Shown: piece after piece, positions 62,696 to 64,000 of the stretch | Numbering within the stretch: the first letter of the stretch is position 1 | Layout of the letters: the number at the start of each line of letters is the position of its first letter | Notes under the pieces: generated by a model | Told to the model about the DNA's origin: nothing | Database searches by the model: none | What the model saw: only the letters and a program-made list of their open reading frames with translations | Origin: Trueperaceae bacterium | GTDB lineage: Bacteria; Deinococcota; Deinococci; Deinococcales; Trueperaceae | Reading direction: 5' to 3' | DNA: 64,000 bases | Assembly (NCBI GenBank): GCA_965223585.1 | Contig: CBDCWW010000010.1 | Coordinates: 55,165 to 119,164 of the forward strand | Position numbers and translations under genes: made by a program

Positions 62696-62840
62696 GTTTT
62701 CTCCTTGATGTATATATTTGCTTACCTTAAGTAAGCTTATTCATACATAGAGTAATATAAAATATACTTAATGTCAAGTAATCTTTACATTTGATATACA
62801 AAACAAGCCTCTGACGCCTTTCCTGAATGTTTAAATATAC

Positions 62841-62965
62841 TCCAGAAAAGTTTTTTGCCTAGAGAGAAACCCCCTCTGTGAGCATGTCATTCTGAGGATC
62901 TTGGTTCTTACAGGATAAACTACGAAGAATCTCTAAGGGCATTAACGCACGAGAGATCCTTCGCA
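62841..62965 (+). repeat. MITE/REP-like long-hairpin repeat, copy C (3' arm truncated)
   Basis: Matches 2860-2985 and then lacks the closing TGCGCTCAGGATGAC arm. Confidence 0.65.
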
Positions 62966-63004
62966 TAATTTACCCTAGAGCAATTGATGTATTGGAAGTT
63001 GTAA

Positions 63005-63976
63005 TTATTTATGCTGACTTTCTTTCAAGACAACGTTTACTAATAATTCCTGATACTTCTCTTTTTCTTCTATCATTGGGAAGTGTGCTGAGTTTTCAAA
63101 AATGATAAGTTTTTTGCCTTTTTCGGCGTTTAGACTATTATAAAAATCTTTAACAAGAACAGTAGGCGTAATCATGTCATATTTACCTACAAAAAAGTAG
63201 ATGGGGGCTTTTATGGAATGTATTTCATTTGTGAGGTTAACGTTTTGTATCTCCTCCCACCTAGCCTTCACAGTAAAATTCAATCCTTTCCCTCTCATCG
63301 TGTTAATTCCTTCTGATAGAGAATACTCAGGTGAAGTCAAATAGTTTAGCCAGAAACCTACCATTTGTTTAATAGGATTATCACGGATGAATCCTCCATA
63401 TCGACCAATATACCTAGCTTTTTCAAACTCTTTTTTTGGTGTTTCATAGGGTGGAGGTCCCACTGCTTTTATTTTCTCTTGTATTTTCATGTCTCCAAAT
63501 TTTTCAGCTTCTTCAACAACATAATTAAACGACTGCCTTTGTTGTTCACAGTCGTTAATAACCTGTGACACACCTACATAAGCATGTACTTTTTCTGGGT
63601 ATCTATGTGCCGTTTTAATGCCAATCGGTGTTCCACCTGAGTGGGCAACAAGAAAAACTTTTTGGGTGTTAAATCTGTTTCGCAAATAATCAATTAACGC
63701 ATTACAATCTTCAACCATTCGATCAAAAGTCATTGAGTGAACTGGGATATCACGATGATATGACTTGCCTGCGCCTCGTTGATCCCAATGAACGACTGTA
63801 AAGTGTTTAATTAACTCAGCATCTAACTTGCGTGAGCTTGACATGGCTGCCACTGGTTCGCCGGGGCCGCCATGCAAGAATAGTAAAACTGGATTGCTTT
63901 GATCTATACCTCTGATAAATATCCATTGTTTCAAACCGCCTAGCGGTATCTCCTCTAATGAGCTTATGCCATTCAA
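63005..63976 (-). CDS. Alpha/beta hydrolase (proline iminopeptidase-like); 5' end may lie beyond the window
   Basis: LFLHGGPGEP and the nucleophile elbow AHSGGT. The frame stays open from 63976 to nt 64000. Confidence 0.7.
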   Translation of the reverse strand: MNGISSLEEIPLGGLKQWIFIRGIDQSNPVLLFLHGGPGEPVAAMSSSRKLDAELIKHFTVVHWDQRGAGKSYHRDIPVHSMTFDRMVEDCNALIDYLRNRFNTQKVFLVAHSGGTPIGIKTAHRYPEKVHAYVGVSQVINDCEQQRQSFNYVVEEAEKFGDMKIQEKIKAVGPPPYETPKKEFEKARYIGRYGGFIRDNPIKQMVGFWLNYLTSPEYSLSEGINTMRGKGLNFTVKARWEEIQNVNLTNEIHSIKAPIYFFVGKYDMITPTVLVKDFYNSLNAEKGKKLIIFENSAHFPMIEEKEKYQELLVNVVLKESQHK

Positions 63977-64000
63977 GGCTTTAATCTTAGTTGAATTTTT

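Noticed and set aside
1-64000. tRNA, rRNA, tmRNA or known riboswitch sequences
   Set aside because: Inspection of all intergenic regions longer than 100 nt showed no cloverleaf-compatible segments, no rRNA-like conserved blocks, and no riboswitch cores that I recognise. This is a by-eye scan, not an exhaustive one.

Overview
AT-rich (about 40% GC by eye, not computed) bacterial chromosomal segment dominated by envelope and accessory genes. I found no rRNA, tRNA or CRISPR. Coding content, in order: secreted repeat proteins (an FG-GAP propeller, PAN/Apple-domain proteins, a VCBS-like protein); an adenylate-forming enzyme plus a membrane acyltransferase-like protein; three paralogous MacB/Lol-type FtsX-permease ABC sets, one followed by a LolA-like protein, a putative beta-barrel and a two-component system; TspO, PspC and two TetR-controlled hydrolase loci; two IS200/IS605 elements; an orphan RelB antitoxin; a GH13 amylase; a GC-rich GT1 glycosyltransferase; an array of five CPBP (CAAX/Abi) intramembrane proteases with small TM peptides; oxidoreductases; and a DrrAB-like ABC-2 exporter operon. 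The most unusual signals are non-coding. (1) A ~120-135 nt cassette sits at a fixed distance upstream of at least eight unrelated start codons; it carries a conserved 13-codon mini-ORF, a CTAGA..TCTAG hairpin and the SD. (2) Two near-identical compact candidate sRNA genes bracket pspC, each with a TTGACA-17-TAAnAT promoter, a C-rich ~60 nt body and an intrinsic terminator. (3) The palindrome CTCGAG / GCTCGAGC is strongly over-represented, HIP1-like, with conspicuous palindrome-free patches. (4) An exact 1296-bp tandem duplication creates an in-frame chimeric FtsX permease. (5) There are several MITE/REP-like hairpin repeat families. All functional calls rest on motif recognition by eye; no database search was run.
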